64,000 nt of DNA from Naegleria gruberi (Eukaryota): assembly GCA_000004985.1 (NCBI GenBank), contig GG738893.1, one strand, 5' to 3'. Positions 35,224 through 45,931 of the stretch are shown piece by piece (position 1 is the stretch's first letter; every line of letters begins with the position of its first letter). The translations under genes were made by a program, and so were the position numbers. The notes under the pieces were generated by a model. It saw only the letters and a list, made by a program, of their open reading frames with translations, was not told where the DNA came from and did no database searches.

Positions 35224-36339
35224 TTATTTTCTTGGGAATGCAAACATGTATTGAGGAGGAACAGCGACTGGGTAATCCAAATCTTGAGCAGCTCTAATTG
35301 GCCAGTAAGGATCATTCAAATCTTGTCTTCCAATTAATACTAAATCTGCCTTTCCATCCTTCACTAAATCATTAGCAAATTTAGCTTCCACTATTTTACC
35401 AACTGCACCAGTGGCCAATCCATCAACTGATTTCTTGACGCCCTCAGAGAATGGAACTTGATAACCTTGCACAATTCCAATTGGTGAAATTTTGGCTTTG
35501 GCATTATTACCACCAGATGAACAGTCCAACAAGTCAACTCCAGAATCACGTAAAACCTTTGCTAGCTCTGTAGTGTCTTTCATGGTCCAGCCCTCTTCAC
35601 CAACGTATTCATCAGCTGAAACTCTGACAAATAATGGCATTTCAGTTGGAATATTCTCTCTAATTCTTTGAACAATTTCAATCAAGAATCTAATACGATT
35701 TTCGAATGATCCACCATAAGCATCAGTTCTTTGATTTGAAGTTGGTGAAAGGAATGAGGAAATTAAATATCCGTGAGCTCCATGAATTTCAATAACATCA
35801 AATCCTGCCTTAACAGCTCTCTTAGCAGCATCCACAAATTGTTGAATCACTTCTTGAATTTGTTCAATGGACAATTCTGCAGGAACTTTGTGATTATCAT
35901 CAAATGCAATTGGAGATGGACCAACAACGTCCCATCCTCCTTCTTCATTTGTCAATGCTTTTCTTCCTAGAGCTTCCCACAATCTTCCAGTTGATGCCTT
36001 TCTACCAGCATGACCTATTTGTATTCCGATATGTCCACCCTGTTCGTGTGTAAATTGACAAATTTTAGACAACATGTCAACATGTTCATCTTTGTAAATT
36101 CCTAAACATCCTGGTGAAATTCTACCAATATCCGAAACACCAGTGGCTTCTACAATAAATAAACCAGCTCCACCTACAATTCTACTGCCAATATGTTGAA
36201 CATGCCAGAAATTAGCAAATCCATCAACCGATGAGTACTGACACATTGGGGAGACTACAATACGATTCTTTAAAGTCAATCCTCTAATTTTGAATGGTTG
36301 AAAGAGTGGAGGAACAGATGAGATATCTTGTGCTGACAT
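35224..36339 (-). CDS. NADH:flavin oxidoreductase, Old Yellow Enzyme family (YqjM/NamA-like), 371 aa
   Basis: Full-length collinear match to OYE: ...LFQPFKIRGLTLKNRIVVSPMCQYS...HIGSRIVGGAGLFIVEATGV...GIQIGHAGRKAS...VIEIHGAHGYLISSFLSPTSNQRTDAYGGSFENR.... Confidence 0.85.
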   Translation of the reverse strand: MSAQDISSVPPLFQPFKIRGLTLKNRIVVSPMCQYSSVDGFANFWHVQHIGSRIVGGAGLFIVEATGVSDIGRISPGCLGIYKDEHVDMLSKICQFTHEQGGHIGIQIGHAGRKASTGRLWEALGRKALTNEEGGWDVVGPSPIAFDDNHKVPAELSIEQIQEVIQQFVDAAKRAVKAGFDVIEIHGAHGYLISSFLSPTSNQRTDAYGGSFENRIRFLIEIVQRIRENIPTEMPLFVRVSADEYVGEEGWTMKDTTELAKVLRDSGVDLLDCSSGGNNAKAKISPIGIVQGYQVPFSEGVKKSVDGLATGAVGKIVEAKFANDLVKDGKADLVLIGRQDLNDPYWPIRAAQDLDYPVAVPPQYMFAFPRK

Positions 36340-36799
36340 TTTTTTAATGTTTGTTGAATGAATTGAGTGCGACAGAGATTATTGTTGAAAACTATTTATT
36401 TCATAGAGAGTTAATGTAAATGCGTCCTTTCTTGTTGTGAAGTTCCAAACTATTAGCAGAGGAAGCATAAATCATCTGATGAGGTTGCACAATTATTATC
36501 TTACGACTTTGTGCGTTTCAACAAAGTTTCCGAGACTTTCCGACTAGGTTGAAGATAACAAACTTCCGATACTAAATTATTTATACAAACAATTGCAATT
36601 TTACTCAATCATCATGTTGAATATCATGCAAAGATCACACCCCAATCAAAACCTCATTATTCCCTCATCAATTCCATCAACAAAACATTCAATCTTAATA
36701 CATATTGCAACAAATATTAAATAAATTGAAAAAAATGAAAAACCACAAACACCCATTTATTTTTTGTTGGTAAAATTTGCAGAGCATGAAGGATTTGTT

Positions 36800-36976
36800 A
36801 GTAGATAGACATGTGTTCAGACCACAATCCCGAAATCTCTAACATACCGTAATGGGCAAGTTTCTGGCTTCTGGTGTGGTCTGATATAGTAAGCCGTCTT
36901 CAGATTAACGTGATGCTGTCAAGATTTGCATTGCAGGGTCCGTTCTGGTTTCGTTACATCCAACCTTTTGTTTTTT
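36800..36976 (+). ncRNA. Candidate small structured ncRNA (unclassified) with upstream CCACAA (DUSE-like) box and 3' T-run
   Basis: A GC-enriched ~175-nt island in an AT-rich spacer. AACCACAAACACCCATTTA lies at 36741..36759, ~60 nt upstream. A long imperfect inverted repeat is present (CAGACCACAA 36819.. / TTGTGGTCTG ..36893). The island ends in GTTTTTTGG (T6 at 36971..36976). C/D-like GTGATGC and GTCTGA boxes are present but in non-canonical order. No protein-coding frame. Confidence 0.25.
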
Positions 36977-37031
36977 GGATTTAAAATAATTAAAGATGGA
37001 TTTTAATTATTATTTAATTATTTAAATAAAA

Positions 37032-37748
37032 ATGATTCAACAAGATTTAATTGCTTCGGAACAAGAAAATAACCAAGACAAGATTGAACACGAAGCACCA
37101 TCTAATAATTCGGTCACAAATTTTGGATTGGAATGTCTGGGAAGGGATTATTACATTTCGGAAAAGTATTGCAAAATCAATGAAGCAAACAATAATTCGG
37201 AGAAGAAGATTATCGATTGGAAATCCATTCCTAAATTCGAGAAGAAACCCAAACTCGACTACTTTTACATTCTAAAGGAAATGGAAGATTTTGTAGAGGA
37301 ATTAGATGAAAAGTGTTCGTTAGAATTCAGCTGCAAATTGGAACAATTTTCAACTCACATCAACATGATTCAAAAAGGACTTGAACGAATCATTCGAACA
37401 ATGAATGATTTCTTCTCTTTGCATTCCAATTATAAGAGGGGAGATTTGGAAAAGACTTTTAATAATTTAATTCTCATTCTCACTTCACTCACTGACCTCA
37501 CCAAGGACTATATGAGTGAGAGAATGAAGAGTGATCTGATTGTTTCAAAATATGGTGAGATGGCTTCTAGAAACACTGTAGATTCTGAACAATTACAAGA
37601 ATCCACTCACTTTCAATTAATTTCCAACATTTTACAAGAACAAGTATTATCTCTTCAATCGAAAATTATGCAATATGGTGAGATTAAAAAGACTCAATTT
37701 GAAGTCAATGTTAAGCAATTGCAACGTGTGGACAAGTTGAGATTGTAA
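37032..37748 (+). CDS. Hypothetical coiled-coil protein, 238 aa
   Basis: Intact ATG ORF with a TAA stop and heptad-like helical content. No family recognised. Confidence 0.35.
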   Translation: MIQQDLIASEQENNQDKIEHEAPSNNSVTNFGLECLGRDYYISEKYCKINEANNNSEKKIIDWKSIPKFEKKPKLDYFYILKEMEDFVEELDEKCSLEFSCKLEQFSTHINMIQKGLERIIRTMNDFFSLHSNYKRGDLEKTFNNLILILTSLTDLTKDYMSERMKSDLIVSKYGEMASRNTVDSEQLQESTHFQLISNILQEQVLSLQSKIMQYGEIKKTQFEVNVKQLQRVDKLRL

Positions 37749-37834
37749 ATTATTTCTACTGGAACAAATCAAAATCGGAATGTGATGATTGTAATTTTAA
37801 ATCATTTAATTATATTTAAATCAATTAAAAAAAT

Positions 37835-39930
37835 ATGAAGAGAATCATTCCATCATTTAAGAAGGGATTGGAGAAATCTTTTCAATGTGAGCAGTATCGA
37901 TCATTCCGATTGCAAAATTGTAAATTAAAACCAATAACAACGATAAATTCATTGATGAGGAATGGAAATTACAATTCAATGATGAAGGCTAAATATTTCG
38001 GAAGAAGAAATTTTGGAACTGATTCTTCTTCAAGAAGGTTATTGTCTTGGAATAGTTTTAAATTGTGGAGTGCTTGGATATTGCTAGGATTTGGTGTTTT
38101 TGTTGGTGTTGATTCGATTTATAGTACATACAAGGTTCAATTTGATAGATTGATGAGGTTTTTTACTTCGGAAGAGATTTTACCTGATGAGAGTTGGGAT
38201 TCTTCATGTTTTGTTGATAAAAAGACTTTGGAAATGCTCAAATACTTGTTTAACAAGTATTCACATGGAAAGGATGTCATGTCTATTGAAGAGTTGAGAG
38301 AATTCTTCAGTCAAGAGCAACAGGATGAATTGCCCAATAATATTAATCGAGATTCCATTGATTTTCAACAATTTATATCAATTTTACTGACCACTTCATT
38401 CATGAAACTGGAAGAGTTTGAAGATGACTTACCGTTGTCAGATTATTTAATTTCCTCCTCTCACAATACCTATCTGGAGGGAAATCAGCTTACTAGTGAA
38501 AGTTCTAAAAAGGCCTATATTGATTGCCTTAAAGCTAATTGTAGATGTATCGAAAGTAAGTAATATTCATCAATGGAAATAATTTAACTGATCATGTGCG
38601 AATAGTTGATTGTTGGGATGGTCCTAATGGAGAACCAATAGTCTATCATGGTTGGACTCTCACCTCAAAGATTACACTCAAGGAAGCACTTGAAGGAATC
38701 AAACAATATTCATTCCACACAACTGACTATCCTCTCATCATCTCATTGGAAATTCATTGTAATTTTGATCAACAGAAAAAAATTGCACAACATTTGAAAG
38801 ATGCATTTGGTGAGAAGATTATTGCTCCATCAGAATTGAGTAATACTGAGCAACTTCCAAAACTTTCTGAATGTAGAGGAAAGGTCTTACTTCAGGGAGA
38901 GTTGGCAAAGTTGGAAAACAAATTGAGACAAGTTGAGGTGGATATTGTTTCTGATATATTTTTCGAAAAGAATATTTCACACAATGAATTTGATCCTCCA
39001 GAACTTGTATGGGCCAGAAATGTCATTCCAAACATTAATATAGATGAAAAGTTTGTTGTGGAAAAGATGGACGAATCAATGAAGACTCTCGACACAACAT
39101 TTCCAACCATGCAACCTGATAAGGACAAAATAGGACAGTGGACTAAGGAGCTGTATGACCTCTTATTTTTTAAATCTGTGGTCGATGTACATCATGAATA
39201 TCCAGAGGAAACTTCTCAAATTCACAAAATGATTAATCTCTCAGAAGGAATGGGACTGACTCATATTATCAAGAAGGGTTCCCATTTTTTCAAACACAAT
39301 GAAACTCTAATGACTAGAATTTATCCAAAAGCTACAAGAGTATTCTCCACTAACTTTAGTCCAGTAATGTATTGGGCTGCAGGTTGTCAGATTGTATCTC
39401 TCAATTATCAATTTTGTGATCAATTTTTGAGAATTAATAATGCTCTCTTCTCATCCAATCCAAGTGGATACGTACCAAAAGCCAAGCTAGACGAAACAAC
39501 ACCATTCAAAAATGTTAAAATTGAAGTAATTGATTTCATTCCAGCCAAGTCAACTCTTCAAAAGGTCAACCAACTTTCCATTGGAGTTATTGAAACAGGT
39601 TCTTTATCTGTTTCGAATAAGAAAATATACTCGAACCTTGTCAAGGTATTGAAAGATTCATTGAATGGGGAGACAGCACTCACTTCCAAGCAAACTATTA
39701 ATGCACCACTGGATGATAAGAAATCTATCATTTCATTTGGACTTTTTAAAAAGAAGAATCCTCTTATTAGACCATTCTCTACATTGTTTAGATTGGGTAA
39801 TTTTGAATGTGTTGGATATTCATCTCTACTCACTCATCAACTTTTGCCAGGATTCAGATTCCTTCCTATGAGAAATTATGAAGGTCAAATCGTTGGTGGA
39901 TTTCTTGTACACATTACAAAGCAATCATGA
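37835..39930 (+). CDS. Phosphoinositide-specific phospholipase C-like protein (X and Y catalytic boxes) with N-terminal TM segment; join(37835..38555,38606..39930)
   Basis: X box spans a 50-nt intron (38556..38605, GTAAGT...AATAG): ...[36 protein letters not shown]|[37 protein letters not shown]...[16 protein letters not shown].... Y box reads ...[46 protein letters not shown]...GYVPK. The N-terminus has a hydrophobic span ([16 protein letters not shown]) and EF-hand-like acidic helices. Confidence 0.7.
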
Positions 39931-40515
39931 ATTTCATAGATTTGAGAGTATTTACTAACCGATCTACAAGTTTTAACCATCATAATGGAAGAGATAACAC
40001 ACAATTGGGAATGTTATTTCATAATTATTTTATGAAAATTATTCGAAAGTAAAGGAAATGAATTCATTTTCCCTTATCATCCATTTAAGGATTTTGGGAG
40101 TCGTCATGAGGATTCGAAAATGAAAATCACCATGATTTGGCTGTCATACGAAAGGATGGATTCTATCCACTTGTCACTAATCATTTTTAAAAAAAATGTC
40201 GACACTATCAACCGAGTCTTTTTACACAACTCTTGAACAAAAATTCTCTACAGTCTTTTTCTTTCTGAATGGGGTTGTTGCTAACTCATCCAATCCATTC
40301 CGAATTTTGATTAATGATGAGGTAAATAATTGCTCTCTGAAAATTTATTTTACCATTTATCCGAAAGTGTGTTTTAAAGCTTGAATCCAACTGTAATAGT
40401 GTTGTCTATGCAACACAAGTCGAAGAACCAAGAGTTGGTGGCCATCACTTTATTAGAGTGAAAGCTGATTGGTAAGTTTCTCAAAGTTTAGTTTTCTTTA
40501 AACCAAAGAAGTCCA

Positions 40516-42775
40516 TTGTTGAGATCAGGATCAGGTTTATCGAGCCAATACGAAAGATATAATTTGAGTATTAATGGATTCTTTATTTTGATTGATTGTA
40601 CTGAAGAAATTGGAGGTTCAGATACTGGAATTCGTATCATTCAACAAAAACATGACAATTTTGGACCAAATTATAAGAATTACAAGTTTGGAAATAAGGA
40701 GACTGAGAATGCAATTTTAAAAGGTTTATCATCTACCAGAAATTTAATCAAATCCAATTTACCACCTAAACAACTTGAAGAACAATTGAAAAAACTTGAA
40801 CAATTGTTTAGAAAGGACATTTTGACAAGAGAAGAATTTGAATCTAAATGGAAAATGGTTTACAATCCAGCAAATAGTGGATCAGAAATGACCTATGCCA
40901 CCACTTCTAATAATCAACAAACTAATACACAGAGTAGTGGCAATATGGATGGCCTCACACAAGATCAATTAGATTTACTTTCCAAGTTGAGAGGGTAAGT
41001 ATTGTGAAATTCACTTTCTAAATTGTAACATTTGTAATAGATTGATTGGAAGAGGCATTATCACACAGGAAGAGTACAATGCCAAGCTCAATAAGCTGAA
41101 AGAAGAAAATCAAAAATCCTCCCCTCCAAAACAACCATCTCTTACTCCAGAACAGAAGCAAATGATTGAAAAATTGGAAAGCCTTTTATCAAAGGGAATT
41201 CTCACACAGGAAGAATTCGAAATGAAAAAGAAACAAATTGTTGGAAATAATTCTCAAATCAGCAGCTCTACATCTGGTCAGAAATCTCCAACTGCAGTAG
41301 AAACAATTTCATTTGAAAAGTATGCACAACAATATGAAGATTTAAAGTGCATGATGAATGAATCTCAAAAACACCAAATGAGAACTCTTGAAAGATTTGT
41401 CAACGATGGAATAATTACACAAGACGAATATGAAATGAAAAAGAAAAAAGTTTTGGGAAATCTTTACACTCCAACAAATTGGATTTATCAAAAGCAACTT
41501 TCTGAAAGAGAACAAACCAGTAGCTCTCCATCTTCTCCTTCTACTCCTTCCTCTACAGAATCTCTATCCGAAAGTCAAAAAGAAAGAATTGAAAAATTGA
41601 AAATATCAAAGGAGAAGGGAATTTTAACCAATGAAATGTTCGAATCGAGAATGCAACAAATTTTGGATGAAAACAAGCCAGTTCAAGACACTGAAGATTA
41701 TTCACATCTCACCTCTGATCAACAAAATTATATTGCCAAACTGAAATATTTCAAAAAGATGGGAATTCTTACACCATCCGAATTTGACATTCAAATGGAA
41801 AAAATCATTTCAGACCCTGATAGTGTCAAGACCGGTGCTCTAGTTTCTTCACCTCAAACACCTACAAGTAGTTCATCAAATTCCTCTCCAAAAACCCCAA
41901 CAGACTCCAAGCCATCCACTCCAACCATTATTTCTAACAAGTCAAGTAAGCCATCTACTCCTACTCCTGTCTTTACTTCAGAAGAAGTGGAAACTCCAGT
42001 CACTCCAACTGATAGCTCTCAAAAGAATCAACAAACCAATACAGTTCCAAAATTGGAAGAAAAGAAGCCAACCACACCAGTACCTATCGTTGAAACCAAG
42101 AAAAAACCATCTTCAGAAAAGATTGTTAAGGAAAGTCCAAAAGAAACAACTCCTAAACAATCATCAACACCAATCAGTAGTGGTGCAGAGCAAGATGAAG
42201 AAATTCAAGATCAACTGGAAAGACTCAGATCACTTGTCGATATGGGAATCATCTCAGAGGAAGATTACAAACAAAAGGAAGAAAAGCTCTTGAAGGGAAC
42301 ACCAACCCCTGCATCTCCAGCTGCTACACCAGAAGAATCCAAACCTGTAGTCAATCAACAAGCAACCAATAATCAAGTCAAACAATTGGAAAAGCTCTAC
42401 AATTCTGGAATTATTTCAAAGGAAGATTTTGAGCAAAAAGTCAACAAAATTCTTGGAAAACCTCAAAATGAGACAACCACCACAAAGGTTGAAAGTCCAT
42501 CCTCTCCAAGAAACACCTCAAATGTCAAAGATCAAAATGTTAAAGTAGAATTGGCCAAATTGAAGAAACTTTTGGAGAATGGAATCATTGCACAAGAACA
42601 ATTCGAAATGAAACAATCTAAATTATTGGGCACTTCTCCATCAAGTACCACCACTGAAACTGAATTATCATCAGAACAAGAGGAGCAAATTGCCAAATTG
42701 AAATCCTTCCTTGATGAGGGTCTCATAGATCAGGACGATTATCAAGAAGAGTTGAATAAAATCTTGAATAAATAA
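40516..42775 (+). CDS. Protein with 10 tandem SHOCT-like (~30-aa) repeats separated by S/T/P linkers; join(..40994,41041..42775); possible extra 5' exons at 40196..40320 and ~40368..40471
   Basis: Repeat units include IEKLESLLSKGILTQEEFEMKKKQIVG, LERFVNDGIITQDEYEMKKKKVLG, LERLRSLVDMGIISEEDYKQKEEKLL, LEKLYNSGIISKEDFEQKVNKILG, LKKLLENGIIAQEQFEMKQSKLLG and LKSFLDEGLIDQDDYQEELNKILNK*. A 46-nt intron (GTAAGT at 40995 ... TAATAG ending 41040) joins ORFs 40516..40998 and 41042..42775. Upstream ORF 40196..40384 can be spliced in frame through two ~47-nt GT..AG introns. That 5' structure is tentative. Confidence 0.5.
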
Positions 42776-42895
42776 TAACATTATTGAATAAAGAAATATA
42801 ATATATGATTTATTCCTATTTAAATATCAAAGATTATTGAAAACCTATTAATGTTTGGAACTATGCATTGAAATCGAACATATGAACTCAGTTCC

Positions 42896-44181
42896 TTGAA
42901 CTTTTTGTTCAAACCAAAAAAAATGGCTCCACATGCAACTTTATTCTCATCACTTCCCTATGAAATATTCCAACATATTTTATCGTTTGGAGCTGATAGC
43001 GAATTGAAAAATCCATCAAGTAGAAATTCAGATATCCGAATGGTTGCCAAATTTCAATCAATTAATAAGAAAATTTCGAATATGAAGGAAATGCAAGATT
43101 ATTTCAATGCCTTTTGGTGGAAAGTATTCGAAAAGAATTTTGGAATTGGTCAATTATTTGGAAATGATTTGGAGAAACTTCGATTACGAATGATTAAACG
43201 AGACGAAATGAAGAGGAAAATTTTATTAGCAAGTTATATCAAATTTAAACTTTACAAACGACCAAAATATGATCCTAATGCACAACAACAACAAGAGGAA
43301 GTTAAAATAATAGTGCTTGGGGAAGGAGGAGTGGGTGAGTAATAATAATTCTATTATTCGATTCTAATAGAATTTTATTATGGACCTATTTATTTCACAT
43401 TTACCATAATTATGAAAATAAGGAAAATCTGCAATAACCATTTTCTTTATTCAGCATATTTTTATTACTGAATACGATCCGACAATTGAGGATACATACA
43501 GAAAGTATTTTAGGGTTGATGAAGAGCCAGCCATGGTAGAAATTCTCGATACTGCAGGTGAGTTTTTGTAATGTTTGGCAATAATTATGATTAACTAATT
43601 TTGATGATAACTATTAGGACCTGAGGAGTTTTCTAGTAAGTAAATTTAATTAGAAACTCGACTAATATTATGTTAGCATGGAGAGGTAAGAGATTTTATT
43701 TGGGATTGTAATATAATTCAATTAATAATACCTCTTAATAGATCAATATATGAGAGTTGGAGATGCATTTGTAATTGTATGTTCTTCAAGTGATGAAAAC
43801 TCTGTATCAGATATGCGTAGACACGTAGAGAACATGTTACGTTGCAAAGATGTTGAAGTTAATGATAGGCCTGTGGTGTTTGTTTTAAACAAGATGGATT
43901 TATTGGTTAGTGCCAATAGAAATGAAACAATTGATCGTTTTAGACAAGAAGTTAATTCAATTGTTTCAGATAATTCATTATTGAACTATTCCATTATTGA
44001 ATGTAGCGCCAAAAATGGAGAAAACATCGATGCCATATTTGAGGAAACTGTTAGAAAGCAAAGACTTGGTGGAATTGATAATCTTACTTTATTGAAAGGA
44101 TGCATTGAACAAGACATCTCATACATTGAGGAATGTAAAAAGAGGGTACAAGTCAAAAAGAAGAAATGCTCAATAATGTAA
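42896..44181 (+). CDS. Ras-family small GTPase (CAAX: CSIM) with ~140-aa N-terminal F-box-like extension; 5 exons join(42896..43334,43423..43557,43618..43635,43677..43685,43742..44181)
   Basis: Spliced core reads ...[11 protein letters not shown]|[45 protein letters not shown]|GPEEFS|TWR|[17 protein letters not shown]...[10 protein letters not shown]...[12 protein letters not shown]...KKKKCSIM*. It has G1, DTAG, NKMD, SAK and CAAX motifs. Introns are 88, 60, 41 and 56 nt with GTGAGT/GTAAGT donors, and there is a 9-nt micro-exon. The N-terminal extension contains [12 protein letters not shown] (F-box-like). Confidence 0.65.
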
Positions 44182-44245
44182 AGAATTAATAATAAATAAT
44201 TTTTAATTTGGACCTAGTTCATAAACCTTTATTTAATATTTTAGA

Positions 44246-44364
44246 TGGCTACGGCCATATCACGATGAATGCACCTCATCCCGTCCGATTTGAGAAGTTA
44301 AGCATCGTCGAGCCACATCAGTACTGAGGTTGGAGACAACTTGGGAACCTGTGGCGCTGTAGTC
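44246..44364 (+). rRNA. 5S ribosomal RNA gene (~119 nt) followed by TTTT Pol III terminator
   Basis: GGCTACGGCCATATCACGATGAATGCACCTCATCCCGTCCGATTTGAGAAGTTAAGCATCGTCGAGCCACATCAGTACTGAGGTTGGAGACAACTTGGGAACCTGTGGCGCTGTAGTC + TTTT. The 5' TACGGCCATA, central CCGATCTG/AAGTTAAGC-type loops and 3' GTTGGAGACAAC..GGGAAC..GCTGTA segment match eukaryotic, Dictyostelium-like 5S. It lies in a GC-rich island of an AT-rich spacer. Coordinates are +-2. Confidence 0.8.
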
Positions 44365-44372
44365 TTTTGCTC

Positions 44373-45117
44373 TTATTTGGTTTGCTTACAAGGAATATGA
44401 TTCCTAAGATGCGTACTTAATCTACTATTTATTACTTTTACATTAGAGAAACAATCCCGATCATTCTTATTAAAAGTGAAATAGATGGATTGTAATTGAA
44501 TGAACATCTGATCCACAAACACTGAAAATCCAAGTTCGAATGCCTTCCTCACAGCATCGTTCAAACTAACTTTCTTCAAGATAGTGAGAAATCTGTAGTA
44601 TTGAGTCCAACAATTATTCCAAGAGTATCTCTAATAATTGAAAACCAATCTCCTACTGCATGAAATGTCATCTCATAATTCATTGAAAAACATGGAAGAA
44701 TATACATGCTCTTATCATTTTTTTTGTATCTTTGGATAAGATCTTGTTTCGAATAGAACTTTCAGATCCACCTGGTATCCAAATTTCCTGTTGCCATTCA
44801 ATCGTTTGGAATTGTAAATTTTTTGTAAAAGGATTCAAATCCAGAACGCAAACCATGTGGCTTGTTTCCACACCGAACAAATTCACAAAAGTAACACGTT
44901 CCAACTCCAGCCTCTCCCACCACACAATAAGTGGAAATTTAAATTCAGTAAAGACAGATCGATAGAAATTTAACAATTTCAATTCTGAACTATTCAAAAT
45001 ATGTGAAATTACATTGAGATCTCCCTTCTCAGGATGATCCTGATTTCCTAATTTTAAGGATAATTTTAACAAGTATAATCGGATGAAATATTTTACATTC
45101 CCATATTGGAACATCAT
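44373..45117 (-). CDS. Hypothetical protein; probable 2 exons (ORF 44680..45117 spliced via ~61-nt GTTTTT..TTAG intron to ORF 44373..44579)
   Basis: Two open frames on the minus strand. ...KMIRACIFFH|RYSWNNCWTQYYRFLTILKKVSLNDAVRKAFELGF... join in frame if a weak GT donor is used. No family recognised. Confidence 0.25.
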
Positions 45118-45646
45118 GATTTTGATGACAATTAAATGAAATTTTCAACTCAGAACAACAACCAGTTGTAAATTCGGAAATTCTATCAAAAGTAACAATA
45201 CACAATTTTTTAATTAAATTGTGAAGGCTAAAACATCAATCGGTTGCAAAAATGGAATAATTTCAGCCCAACAATCTTGATGCATTTTTTTTGTAAAGTT
45301 TAATTATTGAATTCCAATAATAAATTGGATGTAATTTGATAGACAACTTCTTCCACTACTAGCACCTCCTTGAACCAGATGGTGAAGATGATCTTCCACC
45401 ACCACTACTTCCAGCTCCACCTCTAGAACCTCCTCCAGAAGATGATCCACCAGCTCCTCTTGAACCTCCACCACCACGTCCTAAAGTGTTGATGTTATTG
45501 TTATCCTCAATTAATTCTAATCTTTAGCAATTAAGACAGTGTCATTATTCAAAATGAGACTAATTGACAAGTTCAATGTCTTTTGAGAATAAATATAAAA
45601 AAATATTATATAATAAATTAAATTTTATCCGCAATAATTATCACAA

Positions 45647-45913
45647 TTATTTCTTTTCCTTTCCACATAAATTTTTGTGATTTGACCAATCCTGCAATTG
45701 GTGTTCTCTGGAACAGTAATATACAGATCTGCATTTAGAGCATTGTTTTAAATTTTGTGTACTATCACAAATAGCACATGCTTTAACTGGTGCCTTGGAA
45801 AGCATTTTTGTTTCTTCAAAGGTTCCAAGTTTTGATGTGCCTGTTTGGAAATTATAAGAATAGAAATTAGAATCATCCATCTTGGAAACATTACTACGAA
45901 GGGCATTTTGCAC
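45647..45913 (-). CDS. MYND-type zinc-finger ORF; separated from upstream PRiA4_ORF3-like ORF by a single in-frame TAA
   Basis: ...CAICDSTQNLKQCSKCRSVYYCSREHQLQDWSNHKNLC... is a canonical zf-MYND (C-x2-C...C-x2-C...YC-x3-H...HK-x3-C). The frame is identical to ORF 45932..46234, with only TAA (45932..45934) between them. The first ATG after the stop gives MDDSNFYSYNFQ... (77 aa). Confidence 0.5.
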   Translation of the reverse strand: MQNALRSNVSKMDDSNFYSYNFQTGTSKLGTFEETKMLSKAPVKACAICDSTQNLKQCSKCRSVYYCSREHQLQDWSNHKNLCGKEKK

Positions 45914-45931
45914 ACGACGTTTTGCATCTAC

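Noticed and set aside
36781-36900. U3 snoRNA identity for candidate ncRNA #1 (AGAGCATGAAGG resembles box B; GGTCTGA resembles box D)
   Set aside because: The box order (B-like, D-like, then C-like) does not fit U3's B, C, D order, and there is no box A/A' hinge region.
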